Part shown: in pieces, positions 22,405 through 31,437 of the stretch
Layout of the letters: each line of letters begins with the position of its first letter
How positions within the stretch are numbered: position 1 is the stretch's first letter
Assembly (NCBI GenBank): GCA_050953065.1
Contig: JBMNLZ010000003.1
Location: forward strand, 365,544-429,543
Reading direction: 5' to 3'
Origin: Bacilli bacterium
GTDB lineage: Bacteria; Bacillota_I; Bacilli_A; ML615J-28; CAG-698
Length of the DNA stretch: 64,000 nucleotides
Made by a program: the position numbers and the translations under genes
The notes under the pieces: model-generated
Database searches by the model: none
Seen by the model: the letters and a program-made list of their open reading frames with translations, nothing else
What the model was told of the DNA's origin: nothing

Positions 22405-23544
22405 CTAATATAATAAATATTTCTTTCTAGTTTTACCGAATTCTTTTGTTTCTTTATCAATAATTGAAAATAGCTTATCTATCTCATATTTATCTTCAGT
22501 CACATACCCACAACCAGTATTATATTCTAACATTCTAGGGCGTCCTTCTACATATGGTGGTAGGACTTCAAAATCATTCGGATACATTCTTCTTACAACA
22601 TAAAGCATTAACCATCCAACCTTAACAGCTTGAAATTTATTTTTATCTAAAACATGAACTTCAACACCACCACATAATTTCTTTTCATTTTTTGAAAATA
22701 CAGGTGTAAAATAAAGCGGTCGGAAATATACTCCAGGAAGCTTATAACTATTAAGTTTTTCCGCATAATCATTAGAATTTATCCAAGGAGCCCCAACATA
22801 TTGAAATGGTGCCGTAGTCCCTCGTCCTTCAGATACATTAGTTCCTTCAAAAATACAAGTTGCATTATAAACAACAGCCGAAAGCGGTGTTGGAAGGTTA
22901 GGTGAAGGCATCACCCAAGGAAGAAGAGTTTCTGAAAAATACATTTCTCTTTTATAATTTTTCATCAAAATCATATGAAGTTTACATCCGATTTCATATT
23001 CTTCATTAAACAGCTTAGCAAGCTCTGCAATAGTTAAACCATGACGTTGTACAATTGGATAATATCCAACAAAAGAACGATATTCTAAATCTAAGATATT
23101 TCCTTCAAAATCTTTAGCATTAACCGGATTTGGCCTATCAAAGATAACAAACTCTTTATCATATTCTTTACATGCCATCATAGCATAAGCCATTGTATAG
23201 ATATATGTATAAAATCTAGATCCAGCATCTTGAATATCCATACATAAAATATCAATCCCATCCATCATTTCTTGAGTTGGCCTTCTAGTTTGTCCATATA
23301 AACTATGAACAATACAACCACTTTCTGGATCAAAATAAGTTTCTAATTTTTCACCAGCTTGAATATTTCCTCTAACGCCATGTTCTGGCGAAAAAAGTGC
23401 TACAAGATTTGTTTTTTCTTTTAAAACTTCAATTGAAGATCTAAAATCACTTGTCATTCCAGTTGGATTTGTAATTAAGCCAACTCTTTTACCTGAAAAA
23501 AGATTTAAATATTCACCAATTCTTTCAATCCCTAATTTTACCAT
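22405..23544 (-). CDS. DUF1343 family protein (YbbC/NamZ-like exo-beta-N-acetylmuramidase candidate)
   Basis: KRVGLITNPTG...LFSPEHG...DIQDAGSRFYTYI is typical of DUF1343. The B. subtilis member ybbC/namZ sits in the MurNAc recovery operon. Confidence 0.82.
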   Translation of the reverse strand: MVKLGIERIGEYLNLFSGKRVGLITNPTGMTSDFRSSIEVLKEKTNLVALFSPEHGVRGNIQAGEKLETYFDPESGCIVHSLYGQTRRPTQEMMDGIDILCMDIQDAGSRFYTYIYTMAYAMMACKEYDKEFVIFDRPNPVNAKDFEGNILDLEYRSFVGYYPIVQRHGLTIAELAKLFNEEYEIGCKLHMILMKNYKREMYFSETLLPWVMPSPNLPTPLSAVVYNATCIFEGTNVSEGRGTTAPFQYVGAPWINSNDYAEKLNSYKLPGVYFRPLYFTPVFSKNEKKLCGGVEVHVLDKNKFQAVKVGWLMLYVVRRMYPNDFEVLPPYVEGRPRMLEYNTGCGYVTEDKYEIDKLFSIIDKETKEFGKTRKKYLLY

Positions 23545-24244
23545 TTTCTTCCTCTCCTTCTAAATCAAATTTATCGACTGTTTTTATATCATCTTCATTA
23601 TCAGATAAATACCAATATACTCCCCTTGTTAAGTTATAAGAAACAAAAAGCGGTCCACTAATACCAATTAAAAACCAGAAAGGTATTAAAAACTTAACTA
23701 AAATCGCTCCTATACTTAAAGCCCACACTAAAAATAAAATAAAGGTTGTAAAGAAAAATTTTAAACACATATAAAAACTCATTTTTAATGTATCTTTAAC
23801 AGAAAAGTTAAAATAAGTCATCACCATTGGTAAATGTATTAACATTAGCCCAACAATAAACATACAAAACAACATATAAAAAAAACCAACTGCATAGACT
23901 AAACTAAAATCTTTAAAACTAAAATTAGCCTCTAACAAACTAGGTGCATAATACCACACAGCAAAACCTAAAATTAAAAAAATACTTAAAAATATTAAAG
24001 TAATAAAAATTGTTTTTTTAAAATCATATGCCATATTCTTAAAATAAATTTTAAAAATATTACCACTTTGTTTACCTTCTTTAAAATCTTTTATAGTTCT
24101 AAAAGTAGCAAGATATGATGGAATAAAACCTATAAAAGCAGTTACTGCCGAAATAAAAATTATAATTACATTCATAACTATCAATCGCCAAAGCCAATCA
24201 ATAAAACTAAAGCCTCTGCTATTGACAAACTTTTCCATATCCAT
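23525..24244 (-). CDS. DUF624/YesL-like polytopic membrane protein
   Basis: Six predicted TM segments. The N-terminus FIDWLWRLIVMNVIIIF... resembles YesL-type proteins that accompany CUT1 sugar ABC operons. It overlaps the next gene by 20 nt. Confidence 0.65.
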   Translation of the reverse strand: MDMEKFVNSRGFSFIDWLWRLIVMNVIIIFISAVTAFIGFIPSYLATFRTIKDFKEGKQSGNIFKIYFKNMAYDFKKTIFITLIFLSIFLILGFAVWYYAPSLLEANFSFKDFSLVYAVGFFYMLFCMFIVGLMLIHLPMVMTYFNFSVKDTLKMSFYMCLKFFFTTFILFLVWALSIGAILVKFLIPFWFLIGISGPLFVSYNLTRGVYWYLSDNEDDIKTVDKFDLEGEEENGKIRD

Positions 24245-24310
24245 AGTTTTCCCTCGTTTTAAAAAACTAAACTATTAATATTATACCATAGAACCTAACT
24301 ATAAACAATA

Positions 24311-24338
24311 AAAAAACTGTGTCTTGCGACACAGTTTT
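24311..24338 (-). terminator. rho-independent terminator after the binding-protein gene
   Basis: AAAACTGTGTC/GACACAGTTTT stem with loop TTGC, followed by T7 on the minus strand. Confidence 0.75.
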
Positions 24339-24348
24339 CATTATTATA

Positions 24349-25998
24349 TTATCCAAATTTTCTAAGTAAAGCAGCTTCAACAACTGGTGCCACTGTAGAC
24401 AATGTTTGTTGATAGTCTCCACCTTGGATAACTGTTCTTAAAGCAGGGCCTAATCCATCAGGTTGTGTAAATGAATATACACCTTCAAGTGGATCATAGA
24501 AATATCTTAAGTTAACTGGATTATCACCTTTATCATTAACATACATAATAGCCTTAACGCTTTCTGGGTCATCAGTTAATCTTTGAGCATTTTGTAATCT
24601 CAAGTCATACTCATCATAACCAGGAGCATTTAGAACGTTTTCTCTAGTTAACAAGTACATTTCATTAATAGCACGATAAACTGCTTCTTGGTCAGCATCA
24701 CGTCCAGTAGCCATAATGTAAACAGCCTCATCTGGCATCGCTACTCTAACGTCTGCTTTTGACATTCCATCAGCATATGGGAATGGAACATAACCAATAT
24801 CAAATAAACTATCACGATAAGTTTTCCATCTATTTTCAGCATTTAAGAACCAGAATTGTCCTGGACAGAAAATTGCATTTCCTGTATTAAATGCTACTGA
24901 ACCAGCATCATGATTCATTGCAGGATCGAATGCGTTTGCTGCATAGATATCTGTTAATATTTGAGCTGCATTAACACAGTTTTCATTTTGATAGTCAACG
25001 ATTAAGTTGTCAAGGTTAGCAACTTTAACACCAGAAGAAATACTCATACCATACCAGTAATAAATTCCATGGCCTGATAATGCATATTGTCCTTCTTCAC
25101 TCATTTTAGCTTGAGCAGCTAATGCCCATGCTTTAAAATCTGAATATGTCCATTCATCATCATTGAATTTCTTAGCAGGTGTATCTAATTCAAGTTGATT
25201 TACTAAGTCTAAGTTATAGAATAAACCATTAATTAATCCAGATCCAGCATTTGTCATACCATATAATTTTCCTTTATATGTACAAGCTTGACGGAATGCA
25301 GCATCCATCTTATCTTCACCATAAGTTCCATACAAATCAGTTAAATCAACTACAGAACCACCTTCAACAAAATCAGGAATCCAGTCACTTCCAACAATAT
25401 AGAAGTCTGCTTCAGGAGTTCCTAAAGAAGCTTGTAAGTTGATATAGTCAATACGAGTTTGTCCCCATTCAGCTCCAGCTGGATAGTCAATAACTGTAAT
25501 ATCACAGTTATACATTTCTTTTACAGCAGTGAAAGCAGCTTTCTTAGCTTCCTTATCACTTGCAGCATAGTCTTCTTCATTGTTTGCATTACGATGGAAA
25601 GGATCATATTCGTTTTGCGCCTTTGCCATAATTGTAATTACATAACCTTGTAAGTCAGGGCGATCACCATCACCAGTACCAGTTCCTCTAACTGTAATTA
25701 AAACTGGTTGTTTCAAATCTGGATTAGCAACTGATGTAGCAGTGATTGAAACTCTACCCGCTGAGATACCTTTAACTAATCCTGTGTCAGTAACAGTAGC
25801 AATTGCAGCATTACCGCTTTCCCATGTTACACTTTGATCAGCTTTCGCAGGTGTAATTTTTGCAGTCAATTGAGTAGTAGCACTAATACTTACTGATAAA
25901 TTACCAGTGATTTCAATTGCCTTAGGTTTTGCTTTTTTACATCCTACTAAAGCGAATAAACTTACCATTAATAATGGTACAATAAGCCATTTTTTCAT
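24349..25998 (-). CDS. lipoprotein: N-terminal Big_2 domain fused to a family-1 (CUT1) extracellular solute-binding protein
   Basis: Lipobox LFALVGC|KK. The Big_2 block is VTWESGNAAIATVTDTGLVKGISAGRVSITAT, followed by a G/D linker and then the SBP_bac_1-like body. RBS is GAGGAGG. Confidence 0.85.
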   Translation of the reverse strand: MKKWLIVPLLMVSLFALVGCKKAKPKAIEITGNLSVSISATTQLTAKITPAKADQSVTWESGNAAIATVTDTGLVKGISAGRVSITATSVANPDLKQPVLITVRGTGTGDGDRPDLQGYVITIMAKAQNEYDPFHRNANNEEDYAASDKEAKKAAFTAVKEMYNCDITVIDYPAGAEWGQTRIDYINLQASLGTPEADFYIVGSDWIPDFVEGGSVVDLTDLYGTYGEDKMDAAFRQACTYKGKLYGMTNAGSGLINGLFYNLDLVNQLELDTPAKKFNDDEWTYSDFKAWALAAQAKMSEEGQYALSGHGIYYWYGMSISSGVKVANLDNLIVDYQNENCVNAAQILTDIYAANAFDPAMNHDAGSVAFNTGNAIFCPGQFWFLNAENRWKTYRDSLFDIGYVPFPYADGMSKADVRVAMPDEAVYIMATGRDADQEAVYRAINEMYLLTRENVLNAPGYDEYDLRLQNAQRLTDDPESVKAIMYVNDKGDNPVNLRYFYDPLEGVYSFTQPDGLGPALRTVIQGGDYQQTLSTVAPVVEAALLRKFG

Positions 25999-26060
25999 TT
26001 TTCCTCCTCATTTTTCGTCTTTTTTTTTAAGAATTTCCTTAAGATAAGGTTTACATCAAT

Positions 26061-26089
26061 ATTATATAACAAATCAAAGATATTTGCAA
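26061..26089 (-). promoter_or_regulatory. promoter of the binding-protein gene
   Basis: Minus strand: TTGCAA, 17 nt, TATAAT. Confidence 0.55.
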
Positions 26090-26092
26090 TAT

Positions 26093-27019
26093 TTAATTTA
26101 AATCTTTTTCCGTATAGATGTAGTTTTTCCATACTTCAAAGCCAAATTTTTGGTAAAATTCTAAAAGCCCAGTCCAATCAATCATGATATCTGTAGTCTT
26201 AGTCTTTTTCAAAAGATTTAAAGCATAAGAGATAATATCCTTGCCTAAACCAAGTTTTCTATGAGATTCTTCTACTCCTAAAGGACCAATCCCAGTTAGT
26301 CTTTCAAACCTTTGATACCAAGTAATATTATATGGTTTTTTATTTAATTCTATTTGATTGCATCTTAGAAATGCTACTACATCTGTATTTTCTTTAGATA
26401 CGGCAACTATATATGATGCTTCAAAATCATTATGTTCAATAGCATCAAGCCCCTCATCATACCACCTTTTAGAAAAAGTTTTTAATAAATCTAAAACTTT
26501 GTCTTTTTCTTCTAGCCTAGCATATCTAAAAATAAAACCTTTATCTAATACCTCATATGTTTTAGATAAATTATTTTTAACAATTAAATCATGTGTATAG
26601 CGGCTCATCTTATATCCCTTTTTCTCAAACCAAGGACAACTTAAATTTACAAAATCACTTGGAATTCCTGGAAAAAAGTTATCATAATCTGAACCTACTT
26701 TAATTTTATTAACTTTTTTTTCTTTAAACTCTTCTTCTAGTTTTAAAAGTAAATTACTTCCTACTCCTTGGTGTCTTTCTTTTTTTGAAACATAAAATAA
26801 ACTAATCCAACCAAGAAGGGTTTCTTCATTTATTTTACTAATAATAAAGCCTATTGCCTTTTCTTCTAAATATGCAATATAACTAGAAAATAAATATTTG
26901 CTTTCTAAAACTCTTTTTAAGAAAATCTCTTCAGCAATAGGATAAATAAACCCCACTTCACCATTCCATAAAGATAAAACATCTTTATAATTAGTAAGAT
27001 TTAATTTCTTAATTTCCAT
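26093..27019 (-). CDS. two-domain GNAT family N-acetyltransferase
   Basis: Two acetyl-CoA motifs are present (RHQGVGSNLL and HRKLGLGKDI). The ATG at 27019 lies 1 nt after the nagB stop; the track start at 27049 is a TTG inside nagB. Confidence 0.8.
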   Translation of the reverse strand: MEIKKLNLTNYKDVLSLWNGEVGFIYPIAEEIFLKRVLESKYLFSSYIAYLEEKAIGFIISKINEETLLGWISLFYVSKKERHQGVGSNLLLKLEEEFKEKKVNKIKVGSDYDNFFPGIPSDFVNLSCPWFEKKGYKMSRYTHDLIVKNNLSKTYEVLDKGFIFRYARLEEKDKVLDLLKTFSKRWYDEGLDAIEHNDFEASYIVAVSKENTDVVAFLRCNQIELNKKPYNITWYQRFERLTGIGPLGVEESHRKLGLGKDIISYALNLLKKTKTTDIMIDWTGLLEFYQKFGFEVWKNYIYTEKDLN

Positions 27020-27020
27020 A

Positions 27021-27743
27021 TTATAAAAGACTAGCTGCGTCTTTATCAACTATAACAATTACATCTTTATGATTCTTTAAAACTGATGCAGGGAAAGCCT
27101 CAGTAATCTCACCCTTTACTAAAGACTTAATTGCTTCTGCTTTTGATTTTCCAGATGCAATAAGTAAGATTTTTTTAGCCTGCATTATGTTTTTAATTCC
27201 CATAGTAATTGCACTAGTTGGAACTTCATCAATACTATTAAAGAATCTCTTATTATCTTCACGAGTTTTTTCTGCTAAAGTAACGATAAATGTTTCTTGG
27301 CTAAATGGAGTCCCTGGTTCATTAAAACCAATATGTCCATTTCCACCAATTCCTAGGATTTGTAAGTCAATACTAGCTTTAGCTAACAACTTATTATAAT
27401 CATCACAAAGTTTATTTAAATCTTTACCATTTCCTTCTGGAATATGAATATTTTCTTCTTTTATATCAATATGATTAAATAAATTTTCATGCATAAAAGT
27501 ATAATAACTTTGAGAATGATTTTTATCTAAATTACAATATTCATCTAAATTATACGTTTTAACATCTTTAAAAGAAATCTCACCTTTTTTATATGACTCA
27601 ATTAAATTTTTATAAAGGCCAATTGGTGAAGACCCAGTTGCTAACCCTAATGTACAACTAGGTTTTGTTTTAATTAATTCAATTAAAATTTTTGCTGCTA
27701 CTTGACTTAATTCTTGATAATCTTTAACTTCAACTATTTTCAT
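27021..27743 (-). CDS. nagB: glucosamine-6-phosphate deaminase
   Basis: LGLATGSSPIGLY...YNLDEY...GIGGNGHIGFNEPG, the canonical NagB motifs. Confidence 0.93.
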   Translation of the reverse strand: MKIVEVKDYQELSQVAAKILIELIKTKPSCTLGLATGSSPIGLYKNLIESYKKGEISFKDVKTYNLDEYCNLDKNHSQSYYTFMHENLFNHIDIKEENIHIPEGNGKDLNKLCDDYNKLLAKASIDLQILGIGGNGHIGFNEPGTPFSQETFIVTLAEKTREDNKRFFNSIDEVPTSAITMGIKNIMQAKKILLIASGKSKAEAIKSLVKGEITEAFPASVLKNHKDVIVIVDKDAASLL

Positions 27744-29238
27744 TTATACCTCCAATTTTTACTGGCAATTTTCCTTTTGCCTTATTTTTTCCATATATAA
27801 TATTCTTACATGCTTCTAACATGTAACTAGATACCTCATACAAACAAATGTAGTTTTCAACACCTTCTAAATACATTACATCATAAGGTGATCTTAGACT
27901 AATTACAAGTGTCTTCTTTTTATCTAATTCTTTAAATATTTTAGTTTGATAATCTTCATCACTTACATTATAAGTAATTAAAATTATTCTTTCATATTCT
28001 AAAACTTTCTCTCTAACTAAATCTAAATTACTTAAATCTTCGTCAATAAATATTTCCTCGCCATTAAAATAATCACTAAACTTAAAATTATCAGGATTAT
28101 TGTTATCAACTAAACTAGACATTTTAATTTTTGGTGAGATTATTAAACATTTATTTGTTTCATCTAACGGCAATATTTCATCTAAAACAACTGTTACAGC
28201 ATCAGTTGAAACCTCTTTTGTTAGAGCATCATCTATTTTTATTTTATTTTCAACCCTATTACAATATTTACCTTTAAGATTAATTATTTTTCGGTATGAT
28301 TCTTCTATTCTTTCAACAGGAATCTTTCCTTCTTCAACTAATCTTACAAAAGTATTAAAAACATTTAATTGATCTTCTAATATAGCTTGTCCACAAAAAA
28401 CAAGCATATCACATCCTGCCATCACAGAATTATAAATAACCTCTTCTAACAAATAATTCTTACTAATTGCTTGCATTGTTAAGGAATCTGTAACAATTAA
28501 CCCTTTAAAGTTTAGTTCATTAATTAAAAAATCTCTCACAATATTTTTAGATAAACTTGCAGGGTAAGTATCAAAACTAGAATAGATGATATGAGACATC
28601 ATAACCCCATCAATTCCTTGTTCTATTGCTTCTTTAAAAGGAATGATTTCTCCTTTTAAAACATCTTCTCTAGATAATCCTACTCGAGGAAGTCCTAAAT
28701 GCGAATCTACATTGGTATTACCATGCCCTGGAAAATGTTTTATCGTAGCAAGTAATCCCGCATCTTGAAACCCTTTAAATGCAGCAGTTGCATATTCTTT
28801 AACAACATTAAAATTATCCGAATAACTTCTTGCATTAATTACAGGATTATAAGGATTATTATTAACATCTCCAACTGGAGCAAAGTTAATATTAAAACCT
28901 AAACTTTTTAAATCTTTGCCTGTTTTTAAACACAAATCATAAGTTTTAGTTGTTCTAGATGCTGCTAATGCCATTGCTCCTGGTAGATGATTAATAGAGG
29001 TAAGTCTTCTAACATAGCCTCCTTCTTGATCTACACAAATAAAAAGTGGAATTTTAGCTTTTTCTTGCATTATATTATTTAATTCTAAAACTTGTTCATT
29101 TGAATCAATGTTATGTTTAAAATATACAATCCCACCAACTTTAATTTTTTCAACTAAAGTTTTAAGTTGCTTATTATAAGTATTGCCCTTAAATGAAAAA
29201 CAAAGCATTTGGGCTATTTTTTCTTTTAGTAATTTCAT
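27730..29238 (-). CDS. second GH3 beta-N-acetylhexosaminidase (NagZ paralogue), cytoplasmic
   Basis: VDQEGGYVRR and KHFPGHGNTNVDSHLGLP. No signal peptide is present. Confidence 0.9.
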   Translation of the reverse strand: MKLLKEKIAQMLCFSFKGNTYNKQLKTLVEKIKVGGIVYFKHNIDSNEQVLELNNIMQEKAKIPLFICVDQEGGYVRRLTSINHLPGAMALAASRTTKTYDLCLKTGKDLKSLGFNINFAPVGDVNNNPYNPVINARSYSDNFNVVKEYATAAFKGFQDAGLLATIKHFPGHGNTNVDSHLGLPRVGLSREDVLKGEIIPFKEAIEQGIDGVMMSHIIYSSFDTYPASLSKNIVRDFLINELNFKGLIVTDSLTMQAISKNYLLEEVIYNSVMAGCDMLVFCGQAILEDQLNVFNTFVRLVEEGKIPVERIEESYRKIINLKGKYCNRVENKIKIDDALTKEVSTDAVTVVLDEILPLDETNKCLIISPKIKMSSLVDNNNPDNFKFSDYFNGEEIFIDEDLSNLDLVREKVLEYERIILITYNVSDEDYQTKIFKELDKKKTLVISLRSPYDVMYLEGVENYICLYEVSSYMLEACKNIIYGKNKAKGKLPVKIGGINENS

Positions 29239-29268
29239 AATGTGCCCCTTAATTTAGATTATAAGATA

Positions 29269-29299
29269 AAAGATGTCATTTAATAAATGACATCTTTTA
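29269..29299 (-). terminator. terminator closing the nine-gene transporter operon
   Basis: 13-bp stem AAAAGATGTCATT/AATGACATCTTTT with loop TAATA and T/A runs on both sides. Confidence 0.7.
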
Positions 29300-29305
29300 T
29301 TTAGA

Positions 29306-30328
29306 TTAACCAACAATACCTGTTCTTTCAATGCTCTCAACAAATAATTTTTGAACAAAGAAATAAGCTATTAGTAATGGTAACATCATTAACAATGCCA
29401 TGGTATTACTTAAAAGTCCTAAGAATTGCGAACTTCTGATTATATCAACATCTATTCCAAGTCTATTCCAATAAGCCATATTACCACCGATAACTGTACT
29501 TGTGTTTTCAGCTAAACCAAATAATTTAGTACCTAAAACTGTAGTATATCTAAATACTTGGGCGAAATAATAATCATTCCATTGCCAAACAAAAGCAAAC
29601 AATCCAACAGTAACAATCGCACCACGAGCGTTTGGAAGCATTACACTCCAGAAAGTTCTAATAACACCCGCACCATCTATTTGAGCAGACTCTTCTAATT
29701 CAATAGGGACTCCCCTAAAGAATTGCCTAAAGATATATATAAAGATAGCAGACCTTATCCCCATACCAAACGCTGACATGATATACATCGCAAACCATTT
29801 TCCAATGAGCATGATTCCAAAGAATCCATTATTAGAAAAATATAGCCTTCTTGCAATATTAAGTGTTTCATTTGGTACTACTAATGTAAATAACACGATA
29901 AAGAATATAATGTTATTTCCAGGAAATTTAAGTCTTGCAAATGAGTACCCTGCAACTGCCGTAGCAATTATTTGAATAAAAGTACTAATTGATGCTAACA
30001 CTAAACTACCAAAGAATGAATCCACATAACTCATTAATTCCCAAGATAGTCTAATATTTATTAAACTAAAAGTTTCAGGAATCCACATTACTCTTGGATT
30101 AGAAATATCTTGTGGTGCACGTAGTGCAAAACTAAATTTCTGGATTAGAGGTAATATAATAATAAAACACAAACCAGTCAACAATAACATTCTTAACAAA
30201 ATTGCGAAGAACATCAAAACCTTTTGGTTTCTAAGTCTTGCAGTGCTTGGATCTCTCCAAGCTGCAGCGAAATCACTTAACTTTTCTTTAAAAGTTTTCT
30301 TCATTACTTTATTCTCATTATTCGTCAT
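29306..30328 (-). CDS. CUT1 carbohydrate ABC transporter permease (MalG-type)
   Basis: EAA loop ESAQIDGAGVIRTFWSVMLPNARG. The probable start is MTNNENK at 30328, overlapping the upstream permease; the track start at 30370 lies well inside the upstream gene. Confidence 0.85.
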   Translation of the reverse strand: MTNNENKVMKKTFKEKLSDFAAAWRDPSTARLRNQKVLMFFAILLRMLLLTGLCFIIILPLIQKFSFALRAPQDISNPRVMWIPETFSLINIRLSWELMSYVDSFFGSLVLASISTFIQIIATAVAGYSFARLKFPGNNIIFFIVLFTLVVPNETLNIARRLYFSNNGFFGIMLIGKWFAMYIMSAFGMGIRSAIFIYIFRQFFRGVPIELEESAQIDGAGVIRTFWSVMLPNARGAIVTVGLFAFVWQWNDYYFAQVFRYTTVLGTKLFGLAENTSTVIGGNMAYWNRLGIDVDIIRSSQFLGLLSNTMALLMMLPLLIAYFFVQKLFVESIERTGIVG

Positions 30329-31436
30329 AGTAGAACACCATCCTTGATAATAAGAATAGAACAATAGCAATTATTAACAACGCTCCTAAGCAGAACAACC
30401 ATGACATCGCTGCATTTATGCCATAATTGGATAGATACGTTTTAACTCCATCATCAATAGGCGTACCTAAGAATGTTGAAACTCCATAATTACTATTAAC
30501 GTTTCCTGCACTGATAAACTTCTTAAGTTCTCTTAAGACATCTGATCTTAAGAAGGCATCAACTATCGTATAAACCCCTGCCGTAAGCATTAAAGGTGAA
30601 ACCATTGGGAAAGTTATTTTCCAGAAAATTTCATACTGAGTTGCGCCTTCAATCTTTGCTGCCTCATACAAATGTTTAGGCACAGATTGAATACCAGATA
30701 GGAAGATTAATATTTGAACACCCGAATAAGAAATTATATCATAAATTCTTGATACTGCATCTCCTAAATAGCCAACAAAAGTAACTGGCAAGTTTGCACT
30801 TAACAAGAAATCTTGGAAACTAAACATTGATGCGAACAATTCTCTTGTTGTTGCATTAATTGAATCTTGCATAACTGTACTAGTTGAAAGTGCTGCCTCA
30901 ATTGCTTGAGAGTTAAAGATAACCGGCATAAAGAAGATTGCTCTTACTAAAGCACGACCTTTAAACTTTGTATTTAGAATAACTGCAATAATTAAACTAA
31001 AGATTAGAATAATTGGAACATCTATTAAAATACTAATAATTGAACTAGACAATGTTTGAGTATAACTTGGATGTTCTAAGAAAATATATTTATAATTTCC
31101 TAATCCTAAAAACTGAGTTTGAACCCCTTCACCAGCTGCTCCTTTTACATAACAAAAACTATAATATAGAGTTTGTATAAAAGGAATAAAGAAGAAATAT
31201 ATAAATCCTATCATCAAAGGAATTATAAAGACAACTCCCCAAAGGGCTTTTCTTTTTCTATAAACAATTTTTGAAGCGATTTTCTTTGGAATATAACCCA
31301 TAATTTCACTAAATTTAATCATAAACTTAGTTTGTCTGAATTTATACCAAACCTCACTCAGCCAAGATCTGAACCTGCTAAATAGTCTACCGATTGGAGC
31401 AAACATTTTAGCAAAAATTGATTTAATTTTTCCCAT
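30318..31436 (-). CDS. CUT1 carbohydrate ABC transporter permease (MalF-type)
   Basis: EAA loop YEAAKIEGATQYEIFWKITFPMVSP. RBS is AGGAGG. Confidence 0.85.
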   Translation of the reverse strand: MGKIKSIFAKMFAPIGRLFSRFRSWLSEVWYKFRQTKFMIKFSEIMGYIPKKIASKIVYRKRKALWGVVFIIPLMIGFIYFFFIPFIQTLYYSFCYVKGAAGEGVQTQFLGLGNYKYIFLEHPSYTQTLSSSIISILIDVPIILIFSLIIAVILNTKFKGRALVRAIFFMPVIFNSQAIEAALSTSTVMQDSINATTRELFASMFSFQDFLLSANLPVTFVGYLGDAVSRIYDIISYSGVQILIFLSGIQSVPKHLYEAAKIEGATQYEIFWKITFPMVSPLMLTAGVYTIVDAFLRSDVLRELKKFISAGNVNSNYGVSTFLGTPIDDGVKTYLSNYGINAAMSWLFCLGALLIIAIVLFLLSRMVFYYDE

Positions 31437-31437
31437 A

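Noticed and set aside
29239-29268. TATAAT directly after the 29269-29299 terminator, as a dedicated promoter for the GH3-nagB-GNAT unit.
   Set aside because: The -35 position falls inside the terminator stem with no recognisable hexamer. I cannot distinguish a weak promoter from read-through, so I did not call it as a feature.
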